Notes: generated by a model not told the origin, from the letters alone. A stretch of 52,267 nt of DNA from a virus (IMGVR_UViG_3300012683_000011:1-52267); one strand, 5' to 3'; numbered from the stretch's first letter, positions 8,752-16,135 are shown. Translations and numbers: made by a program.

Positions 8752-8973
8752 TTAAGACTGAGTGATTTTCATTTGGTAGTAAACTTGAAATATTTTAATT
8801 ATTTCAACGTTAAATTGCGCAACCATCGTAGCTACAGTATTTTCTAAATCTTCGTTTACTTCGTTATTGTCTTCAAAATACTTTAGAAACTCTGGTTTAA
8901 TAGAGTTACGAATTGCGTCTGTTGTATTAATTGCAAACTTATCGATGTCGATACACAAGTCTTCGATTTTCAT
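8752..8973 (-). CDS. hypothetical protein
   Basis: AAGGT RBS; 73 aa. Confidence 0.65.
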   Translation of the reverse strand: MKIEDLCIDIDKFAINTTDAIRNSIKPEFLKYFEDNNEVNEDLENTVATMVAQFNVEIIKIFQVYYQMKITQS

Positions 8974-8991
8974 ATAGTACCTTGTTTAATG

Positions 8992-9179
8992 TTCACAATG
9001 TCACAGTGTAACGTATGCTCAGTTGATAAAACCTAGTATTAGTTACTTCCGCATCTTAATTAAGTTTACTGTGTCAAGGCTAACCACACAGTCATTACGA
9101 ATGATAATTAAGTTTATTAGCGGTCGCTTCGGAGGAACTTATCCATTATCGAAACTACGTTACGCTGTGACAATGTGAA
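8992..9179. ncRNA. stem-closed multibranch domain B
   Basis: 24-bp IR with 2 mismatches (8992-9015/9156-9179); nested CTTAATTA/TAATTAAG, ACTGTG/CACAGT and TCATT/AATGA stems; no ORF. Confidence 0.6.
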
Positions 9180-9181
9180 AA

Positions 9182-9280
9182 CTAAAAATTGTTATTTCGC
9201 GGAGCGGTGTACAATACTAAAGCTAACAAACCAAAGAATATTACAAAGTTTAGAATAGTTTGTAAAATAGCTATCAGCAT
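9182..9280 (-). CDS. 32-aa single-TM mini-protein coupled to the lysozyme gene
   Basis: MLIAILQTILNFVIFFGLLALVLYTAPRNNNF; TAATG overlap. Confidence 0.55.
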   Translation of the reverse strand: MLIAILQTILNFVIFFGLLALVLYTAPRNNNF

Positions 9281-9738
9281 TATAACCTCGCGCAGATGTT
9301 TTTAACTCTGTTTGGACACTGAATGAACCAACGTGAATTAATTAGTTCACGTTTCATTTCGGGAATATCATTGGATAAAAGAGCGGATTTAAATCTTTTG
9401 AATGTGTGGACTTTGTTGCCAAGGACGAAACAGATTTCGACGACGCATTCTTTTTGATCTGGCGTGAGGCTTGAGTAGCCACGCAATCTATTAGCAATTG
9501 ATTCAGCACTGGAAATATCTTCACGAAAGATTTCATCTGCTTGGTATTTTTGCAAACCGCGCAATTGCAAATGCCTAGAAATATCTCTCGAACTCCACCT
9601 GTGACCATAGCCAATCGTATCGTAACCGAGGCTATCTTTGTAGATTTCGCTCCGAAACCCTTCATTTTCTTTAATGTGGTCATATTGTGCTCCTTGAATA
9701 CTGTTGATGTATGTTGCGAGTGTAAGAGCTAAAAGCAT
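9280..9738 (-). CDS. GH24 (T4-type) lysozyme
   Basis: ENEGFRSEIYKDSLGYDTIGYG carries the E-X8-D-X5-T triad; C-terminal S.W..Q.P.R; hydrophobic N-terminus. Confidence 0.9.
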   Translation of the reverse strand: MLLALTLATYINSIQGAQYDHIKENEGFRSEIYKDSLGYDTIGYGHRWSSRDISRHLQLRGLQKYQADEIFREDISSAESIANRLRGYSSLTPDQKECVVEICFVLGNKVHTFKRFKSALLSNDIPEMKRELINSRWFIQCPNRVKNICARL

Positions 9739-9752
9739 AATTAACTCCTTAA

Positions 9753-9932
9753 CGTTGTAACAATGTCACAATAACTTGGTGTTTGAATCGTTCGTAGAGT
9801 TATGCTTACGATTACCCGTATTAAAGTAACCCAGGGCATTTCTATTTACTGTTCAATCCTTGAATACGTAGCAACCTTATATGAGGGCCGAATTTGTGTG
9901 CTACGAATTGTTATTGTAACAATGTTACGACG
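9753..9932. ncRNA. stem-closed structured domain H
   Basis: CGTTGTAACAATGTCACAATAAC / GTTATTGTAACAATGTTACGACG IR with 3 mismatches. Confidence 0.55.
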
Positions 9933-10143
9933 CAAAATCACTATAGGTTTGTTCATCAAGAATTTTGAAATGGCGGCGAATGAAACGGTGAGAGCGTTGC
10001 TTAAAACCAGAAATCGGAATATTCCAGCAGCAAGGACAGAATTTACCGTGGCGAACCGTCGCAGCAGGAATTCCGTTAATTGCATAGAACTTTGAAGGTT
10101 TGTGTTTCTTGTATTTGCCGCGAGTGCGAGGGGAACGTGACAT
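9925..10143 (-). CDS. basic hypothetical protein with CPCC motif
   Basis: GGAG RBS; 72 aa. Confidence 0.6.
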   Translation of the reverse strand: MSRSPRTRGKYKKHKPSKFYAINGIPAATVRHGKFCPCCWNIPISGFKQRSHRFIRRHFKILDEQTYSDFAS

Positions 10144-10145
10144 CG

Positions 10146-10373
10146 TTACTCCGTTGGGTAAAAATGTTTCACTATTTGTTCTAAATTATCAATTAGAAAT
10201 TCAGAACCAAATGTTGCCATTGGGTTGATTTCTAATTGCGCTTTCACAAAACGATCAAAATCTTGTTGTGAAAGCGTAACTGGAAAACTGAGTTTCATAT
10301 CTGTAGTCTTACGTAGATAGAGTTCGCAAGCGCGACGACGTGAAATTGTGTGAATTGTTCGGTATTTTAGCAT
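10146..10373 (-). CDS. hypothetical protein
   Basis: 75-aa ORF. Confidence 0.6.
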   Translation of the reverse strand: MLKYRTIHTISRRRACELYLRKTTDMKLSFPVTLSQQDFDRFVKAQLEINPMATFGSEFLIDNLEQIVKHFYPTE

Positions 10374-10390
10374 ATTGAGCCTGTAATGTT

Positions 10391-10554
10391 ACGACGTTAA
10401 AGAGTCTCAGAATTTCGCTGACTAGTGCTATCCATAACATCATGTTTAGGCAGTCACCCTAACTTAGATTTATGAATTGTACCCATAAAAGGTGATAACA
10501 CCAATGAGTGGAATACTCGCAGTATAATTGCGTTCTGAGACTCTTTAACATCGT
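10391..10554. ncRNA. stem-closed multibranch domain C
   Basis: 22-bp IR with 1 mismatch, ACGACGTTAAAGAGTCTCAGAA/TTCTGAGACTCTTTAACATCGT, enclosing about five small hairpins. Confidence 0.65.
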
Positions 10555-10737
10555 TCGCAATGTCACGGCGTTCTGTTAGTGGAGTCAAGCACTGTGAAAT
10601 TTCGACGGTGTACCGTGTACCACAAAAGAATTTAAAGCTCTAAATGCAGCTTTAGTAACGTAATTCAGTGTGGAATTGTAACCTTGAAATTTGTTTGTAG
10701 AGTGTGACTAGACTTAGTGACGACGTGACAATGTGAA
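10554..10737. ncRNA. stem-closed domain G
   Basis: TTCGCAATGTCACGGCGTT/GACGACGTGACAATGTGAA IR; internal TAAAGCT/AGCTTTA and AATTC/GAATT hairpins. Confidence 0.55.
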
Positions 10738-10902
10738 CGATGTTGCAATGTCTCTAATTCTGGTAAACTACGCCTTAATCATACTAATCCAACAGAGAGT
10801 TTAGCGTCTGCCAGAATTTAGATATGAAACCCTTGAAATCATTACGTAAAGTTAATACGGATTAATTTCTACAGGTATGAATTAGAGACAATGTAACATC
10901 GT
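10737..10902. ncRNA. stem-closed domain D
   Basis: 24-bp IR with 2 mismatches, ACGATGTTGCAATGTCTCTAATTC/GAATTAGAGACAATGTAACATCGT. Confidence 0.6.
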
Positions 10903-10954
10903 AACATCGTGTCGCCATTGTATGGAAATATTCTTTGAATGCAACGAATTTCTA

Positions 10955-11062
10955 CTACGAATTGTAGTAGTTGAAGAGAATCCGCATTTCCACGATGAGC
11001 GAAATTATCGCTTTGTTGCGGATGATGGAAGTGGCCAGTTCGTATTCACGGAAATAACTCAT
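10955..11062 (-). CDS. 35-aa mini-protein
   Basis: AAGGAG RBS; MSYFREYELATSIIRNKAIISLIVEMRILFNYYNS. Confidence 0.55.
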   Translation of the reverse strand: MSYFREYELATSIIRNKAIISLIVEMRILFNYYNS

Positions 11063-11085
11063 GGGTTGCTCCTTATTGATGTGGC

Positions 11086-11151
11086 GATGTAACTAAGTAA
11101 CTATTTATAGCTACAAATTTTGAGGCTATAACTTAATTACGAAGTGACATC
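11086..11151. other. long intergenic hairpin based on GTNAC motifs
   Basis: GATGTAACT/AGTGACATC base; TTATAGCT/GGCTATAA upper stem. Confidence 0.5.
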
Positions 11152-11165
11152 GTTACGTCAAGAAG

Positions 11166-11312
11166 TTAGAAATAGATTGAGAGGGAATTTTCATGTTCCA
11201 TCGAATTGAGCAAGCATGCGAAAGCTTGCAGGCTTTTTCTATCGATGAAAATTAGGCGTTGTTTACGCAGTGACGTTGTGAATTCTGAATCGGTGGATGG
11301 TGTATGTGTCAT
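11166..11312 (-). CDS. 48-aa mini-protein
   Basis: AAAGGAG RBS; MTHTPSTDSEFTTSLRKQRLIFIDRK... Confidence 0.55.
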   Translation of the reverse strand: MTHTPSTDSEFTTSLRKQRLIFIDRKSLQAFACLLNSMEHENSLSIYF

Positions 11313-11330
11313 AGAATGCTCCTTTGTAAT

Positions 11331-11612
11331 TGTGTGGTTGTTTATTAATTAGTTTTTAGTTAATAAACAACCACACAGCAGAGTTAACTTACTGTGTGGT
11401 TTATGTTTTCGTTCTATGGCGAAATAGAGTTACATTTCTATTCCGCTTCTCAACTTGAGCTAACAATGGCTCAGAGTTGCAACCACACTTTGTAGAGTGT
11501 GATTCCTAGGGTTCCAGAGTCCGACAATGGTGTCTCTGTGTACTAGGTTCTTTGGTCGCATTTGTTAAGCACTGTTGTTTCAGCGGCCGGTCTAATTCGT
11601 TAGAATTAGATT
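11331..11612. ncRNA. hairpin-dense non-coding region
   Basis: 18-bp perfect IR TGTGTGGTTGTTTATTAA/TTAATAAACAACCACACA plus a series of smaller hairpins. Confidence 0.5.
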
Positions 11613-11672
11613 TAGCATACATATACATAACAAATTCTCCCAGGGTTGGAAACTGGAAACTGTAACTTTAAG

Positions 11673-12125
11673 TTACGCAGCCTTGGCAACGGTGGCGCCA
11701 GCGTCACTCAAGGTGACACCAGCGTCCGAAGCACTCTTGATCGCACCGGCAAGATTTGCAGCGGTGGACAACATGACATCGTAACGACGGAAGTTTTCCG
11801 CCTCCTGCCGCGCGCCGTGGAAGTCGCCCTTGCGCTTGCAGTCTTCCACAAGCGACTTGTGCGAGTCGCGCCGCGCCTTGCACTGTTCACGGATGCTGTC
11901 GAGCATCGCGCGAGTGTGCTGGAACGGAACGCCCGACTTGGCAACTTCATGGCGGAAACTGTTCGCAAGGCTCATGATATTCTTATTCTGGTCCGACTCG
12001 TCCAGCTTGCTCCAATCGCTGAGGAAAGAGTTGATCGCCTTGGCGTGAGTACGCAGTGCGCTGGTCAACTTGGACACTTCCTTGGCGCTGGTATCGTTGG
12101 ACAGAAACTTGGAGATGATATTCAT
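11673..12125 (-). CDS. GC-rich hypothetical early protein (start probably MNIISKF)
   Basis: Helical, charged 150-aa ORF with visibly higher GC than the genome; flanked by a 28-bp IR. Confidence 0.75.
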   Translation of the reverse strand: MNIISKFLSNDTSAKEVSKLTSALRTHAKAINSFLSDWSKLDESDQNKNIMSLANSFRHEVAKSGVPFQHTRAMLDSIREQCKARRDSHKSLVEDCKRKGDFHGARQEAENFRRYDVMLSTAANLAGAIKSASDAGVTLSDAGATVAKAA

Positions 12126-12269
12126 GTGTATACGTGTACTTTCTTGCAACATTTGTTGCAAAGGATAGAAACTTACAATTTGCATACCATGCTACAAACT
12201 ATTGTTTGTATAACTTAGTATGTACAAACGGTAAGGTTTTACCCTGGGAGAGTTTGTTACGTATATGTA

Positions 12270-12660
12270 TTTTCAAGGCTGCAACTTTCTCCCAACCGTC
12301 ATTGCTGGCGGATGCCTGGCGCTTTTACAGAGTCTTTATTTCGGATGGTATTCAAACCCCATACTTTGCGTTAGGGCGATTCCTAGCCATCTTACTGCTG
12401 GTGTTACTCGTAGCTACGACCTTTGGACTCGCGTGACTCTGAGAGTCTTGGAGCGTCCCTATCCTCCGTTTCCGGAGGCTGGCCGTTTCGTCTGTACTGC
12501 AAACTGTTAGTTTTGCAGTGCGCTTTGCGTCTGAGAGAATCTTTGCAGGTATGTAGATTTCAGAGAGCCAACCACACTTTTTCAGTGGTATAGCCCTATT
12601 CTAAGGACCACGGATGATACTCTAGTTAGATGAACCTAACACAGACTAGAGTGTGTGATA
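12270..12660 (-). ncRNA. structured leader or ncRNA
   Basis: Consecutive hairpins including CCTCCG-GAAA-CGGAGG and CCGCCA-GCAA-TGACGG on the minus strand; no convincing ORF. Confidence 0.5.
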
Positions 12661-12664
12661 CTGC

Positions 12665-13210
12665 TGTAATGTGACGTTGTGACAATGTTTAGGCGCAAAC
12701 TAAGGATTGTGCATAAACGTATGTGTCATTGTGACATGGTACGTTGCAATATGCAATGGAGTGTGTCGTTTTGACAATTAGTAGTTTTTAGTGCTGTGTT
12801 TATTGATAAAAAGTGAGGGTTGTTACAACGTGACGTTGTTTTTGTAGTCACAATGTCACGTTGTAACAATCACACTTTCCAACGTTGCATTTACTATTCA
12901 CATAGTAACAGCCTGTGAGTAAGTCACACACTCACGATGTAACGTTGTCACTTTCACAAACTTTGGCACAGTTACGTCGTGACACTGTGACGATGTCACG
13001 TTGGTACTGTGTACTGGATCAAGAAGTATTTGAGACAGGCACAACGTGAGTTTGTACTTGATTGTGTAGTTGAGACGCTGTGACGTTGTCACGGTGTAGA
13101 GTTGTTAGTGTGCCAAAGTGTGACGCTGTGACATCGTGACATTGTTAAGTGTGTCACACAAGAGAGTGAGGGGGCGGGGAGGGTTTAGCGGTTGCATTGT
13201 TACATCGTGG
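12665..13210. repeat. dense cluster of (GTNAC-RNY)n 8-bp-period repeats
   Basis: e.g. GTTAC GTC GTGAC ACT GTGAC GAT GTCAC (12971-12999), GTGAC GCT GTGAC ATC GTGAC (13120-13140), and a 20-bp hairpin at 12820-12869. Confidence 0.85.
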
Positions 13211-13224
13211 GCTGGGGTAAGGGC

Positions 13225-13431
13225 TTAAATAAACTTTTTAATAAATTTTTCATAAAGAAGTTGTTTTCCACCATACCAACAATAAAGTCTCCCATAAGTA
13301 CAATGCCAAGTGTACTTTTTCATTTCTTGAACTAATTTTGTTTCGACTTTAAAAGAAGTAGGAACCCCTTTACCCATCCAACGAATAACTAATTCTGTAA
13401 CTGCATCATCAATTTTAATATATTCATTCAT
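13225..13431 (-). CDS. HNH homing endonuclease N-terminal-like fragment
   Basis: NEYIKIDD...VETKLV...YTW; paralogous to the upstream ORF. Confidence 0.5.
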   Translation of the reverse strand: MNEYIKIDDAVTELVIRWMGKGVPTSFKVETKLVQEMKKYTWHCTYGRLYCWYGGKQLLYEKFIKKFI

Positions 13432-13739
13432 TTTCTTACTACCATATTTTTAAAGCGGTAATCATGAAAGTTGCCCATCAGTACATTATTGAAGTTAGAA
13501 GTTTTTAAATAAAATTCTACAATAGTTCTTGATAACATAATATTTCTTGGATTAGGGTCAAAAACTTTACAATAAGCTTTATGAAGAACTTTATTCCAGT
13601 ACCATTTAATTTCTTCTAAGAAAGGGACTAACTTAGTATCTACAAGCAAAACTTCAATATCACCATCTGTGAAGTGTATTTCCAAATGTGTGTTTTCATC
13701 ATCAATCTTAATCCATTTATTTAAACTCTTCGCTGGCAT
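13428..13739 (-). CDS. degenerate HNH endonuclease-like protein
   Basis: NKWIKIDD...VDTKLV...KWYW...MLSRTI...GNFHDYRFKNM resembles the HNH scaffold without its catalytic His. Confidence 0.5.
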   Translation of the reverse strand: MPAKSLNKWIKIDDENTHLEIHFTDGDIEVLLVDTKLVPFLEEIKWYWNKVLHKAYCKVFDPNPRNIMLSRTIVEFYLKTSNFNNVLMGNFHDYRFKNMVVRK

Positions 13740-13757
13740 AGCAATATCTCCTAAACT

Positions 13758-13785
13758 AATATAAGCCTATTTTAACCAAAGTCAA
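13758..13785 (-). promoter_or_regulatory. putative sigma70 promoter
   Basis: TTGACT-16 nt-TATATT followed by an AGGAG RBS. Confidence 0.5.
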
Positions 13786-13956
13786 GTAGTTTTATTCACT
13801 GATAATATGGCGTAATCACGCCTGGGGGTATACCATTTTGAGAATGGATATACTATATAGAATAATATCCTAATATAATATAGTGATGATGTAGTAGTAA
13901 TATTCTCTTATACACCCGGGCCAAGTTACGCCATATTATCCGGGAATATAACTACT
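13785..13956. repeat. long imperfect inverted repeat around an AT-rich core at the strand switch (candidate origin or pac)
   Basis: GATAATATGGCGTAA/TTACGCCATATTATC core extending to about 45 bp; TATA-rich centre. Confidence 0.75.
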
Positions 13957-14049
13957 CCACACCACCACTAATAACCTTGATTTTTATGCATTGCATTTAC
14001 CCGCTCACGACGTAACGTTGTCACAAGCTCCCAAGTACAAAACCAAAAC

Positions 14050-15261
14050 ATGCACACAACCACATTAAAAGGGCTCCTAGATGGTATAACCTCAAAAGAC
14101 GAGCTATACCATGTACTTCGTAACCATAAACATTCCATACGTCGCTTAGTAAATCAATCAACTGGCAAACCTTTCATCGTCCCGCATCACCTACTTTGTT
14201 CAACAAAGAAAGAGTTCTTTTTATCATTACTATATAATACCGGCGTAACGTCGTCACTTTGTGACGCTGCTTCCGATGTAACTTCTCACTCTGGTATAAA
14301 ACAATCGCCAATACCACTCATTTTCCCACGTTGCCGTCCGCACGAAGAAAAATTTCGACGCCAGTTTAAACTCGCAACTTGGTTAGACGTTCCATGCGGT
14401 TCAATTTTTACTTATGAACTCTCGCGCCGCAACACTTGGCGCTGTCGTTTTGTTGGTTCAGATGGCTTTCGTTGTCGAGAATACTCAAAAAATAACACTT
14501 GCTTCTTTTGTTGGCATCACTATGCTCTGGCAGCAAAACTAATTCAAAATATGTCATCAGAAGAGCAAAACTTACTTGGCGCTTCAATAAAGTCACAGTC
14601 AATCCGTGAACTCTATGAAAAGCATTTAAATGATCCAAACAGGAAAAATATTGAATCTGAGCTAGCTTTAATGCGGACGCTATTAACTGCTGTTGTTTCT
14701 AACATTCAATCCAAATCACTAGCGGATATACCGCTTGATGCGATCGCAACGGTGGTGACACTTTGTGAAAAGGTATCTTCGGCTGTTCTGACTATGACTA
14801 ATATTGAGACTAAGCTTGGGGATAGATTTAGTATCGAGCAAGTTAATGTTATTACGCTGCGACTGCTTGAAAGTTTTGTTAAGATAACTCAGCCTAATGA
14901 AGAACAGTGTCTCCAGCTTGCGGCTGTCTTTGAGAATTTGTCAATTAATAAAACTTTGCCTGTTATTACTTTACACGGTTCTACTTCCGATACAACTAAG
15001 CAAGCGACTCAAAGTTCAAAAGCTACGTTATCACCAGAAGCTACAGATATAGTCGCGTTGACATATTATGATAAAGTTACGCCATCACATATTATTCCAA
15101 AGCATTTTACAGCAAATGACATTGCTGTTCGGGTAGACCCGAATGTTTACTCTGATAGATTTACTCGCCAACAAGACGCAGCTAATTTTAAAACTAAACT
15201 TGAGAACCTCAAGCGCGCCGATCCTGACGTAACGTTGCAACTAGCCAGAATGGGATTATGA
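14050..15261 (+). CDS. putative terminase small subunit-like protein
   Basis: First gene of the late arm; C..C..C..H cluster followed by LNDP...IESELALMR, as in TerS-like proteins. Confidence 0.5.
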   Translation: MHTTTLKGLLDGITSKDELYHVLRNHKHSIRRLVNQSTGKPFIVPHHLLCSTKKEFFLSLLYNTGVTSSLCDAASDVTSHSGIKQSPIPLIFPRCRPHEEKFRRQFKLATWLDVPCGSIFTYELSRRNTWRCRFVGSDGFRCREYSKNNTCFFCWHHYALAAKLIQNMSSEEQNLLGASIKSQSIRELYEKHLNDPNRKNIESELALMRTLLTAVVSNIQSKSLADIPLDAIATVVTLCEKVSSAVLTMTNIETKLGDRFSIEQVNVITLRLLESFVKITQPNEEQCLQLAAVFENLSINKTLPVITLHGSTSDTTKQATQSSKATLSPEATDIVALTYYDKVTPSHIIPKHFTANDIAVRVDPNVYSDRFTRQQDAANFKTKLENLKRADPDVTLQLARMGL

Positions 15262-15326
15262 GATATAATTTACTACTTTTACTTTGGTACTACTTTTCGT
15301 AACCACAACTTCATAGGAGCCACCTA

Positions 15327-15584
15327 ATGAAAATGTCTTGTGTTGTCGATGTCACGGTGTTTCATAAAAACAGTTCAGTAAAAGATTACTGTTACGATCA
15401 TAGAAATGATACTTGTTTTTATAAGGTAGTTAATACTATTGTTTATGTTGACGAGGGTGACGCCGTTATTACTTTTAAAAATGGAGTTAAGACTGTTATT
15501 TCAAAGGATCTTTGGGAAACCTTTAAACTTGAAACACAGTTTGATGTTTATAAAGAACCTCTTTTAACAAAGAGTGATGAATGA
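15327..15584 (+). CDS. hypothetical protein
   Basis: AGGAG RBS. Confidence 0.65.
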   Translation: MKMSCVVDVTVFHKNSSVKDYCYDHRNDTCFYKVVNTIVYVDEGDAVITFKNGVKTVISKDLWETFKLETQFDVYKEPLLTKSDE

Positions 15585-15940
15585 AATATGTCTTGAAACA
15601 TAAAGAAATCGACGTAACTATGTTTGATGGTAATAATCATGTAGATTTAAAATTACATCGATTAGTAACCCATGATGAGAAAGTTAAATTTGTTATTTAC
15701 ACAGAATATGGTCCTTGTGAAGTTAATATCGGGGATTACATTGTATCCGCTACACAGCATTCACCACGTCAAGTCATATCAAAAGAAACGTTAGATGAGT
15801 TCTACGAGAAAGAATTCGTTCCACAATGGGCGCAGACGCCAGAACCACAAACTCTTTTAGTAACTTCAGATGCGTTGACTAAAATGCCTTCACCACCCGA
15901 TGCTCCCCATAATATAGATTTTGGAGGAAAAGGGCAATAA
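15581..15940 (+). CDS. hypothetical phage protein (GDYIV motif)
   Basis: TEYG...IGDYIV...F...YE pattern. Confidence 0.65.
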   Translation: MKYVLKHKEIDVTMFDGNNHVDLKLHRLVTHDEKVKFVIYTEYGPCEVNIGDYIVSATQHSPRQVISKETLDEFYEKEFVPQWAQTPEPQTLLVTSDALTKMPSPPDAPHNIDFGGKGQ

Positions 15941-16135
15941 ATGTCTCTAATTAAAATTAGAGTTGGTAATTACAATGTGACTTATAATATGTGTACTTGT
16001 ACATATGTTCGTGACTTAGTAGAAAAGATTTCAAAAGACTTCTCTAAACCAGCTAAGTTAGTCGAGCGGCATCAAAAGTATTTTGATGAAACAGCCGCTG
16101 CTGTAGGTGAAGAAATCGAGATGGAGTTTATATGA
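15941..16135 (+). CDS. hypothetical protein
   Basis: coupled ORF. Confidence 0.55.
   Translation: MSLIKIRVGNYNVTYNMCTCTYVRDLVEKISKDFSKPAKLVERHQKYFDETAAAVGEEIEMEFI

Noticed and set aside
9855-10840. Shared CCTTGAA word in domains H, G and D
   Set aside because: Only 7 nt, absent from the other domains and in differing structural contexts; cannot be separated from chance by eye
10952-10957. TAG stop-codon recoding
   Set aside because: All large genes are intact in the standard code, some ending in TAG, and no suppressor tRNA was seen
8045-11151. Integron attC cassette array (small co-directional ORFs separated by hairpins)
   Set aside because: Stems lack consistent RYYYAAC/GTTRRRY boxes, several domains are adjacent with no ORF between them, and no tyrosine recombinase is present
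12430-12570. Hammerhead ribozyme
   Set aside because: GACGAAAC is on the minus strand but the CTGAGAG-like words are on the plus strand, so no complete core exists on one strand
11331-12660. Group I/II intron with an ORF in a loop
   Set aside because: No interrupted host gene, no recognisable P7 or domain V, and the ORF is not an endonuclease or maturase
12898-13092. 64-aa minus-strand ORF
   Set aside because: Translation simply reflects the GTNAC repeats (VT/CH/DV words) and there is no RBS
8045-13210. CRISPR array
   Set aside because: Repeats are degenerate, inverted and irregularly spaced; there are no identical direct repeats with uniform spacers and no cas genes
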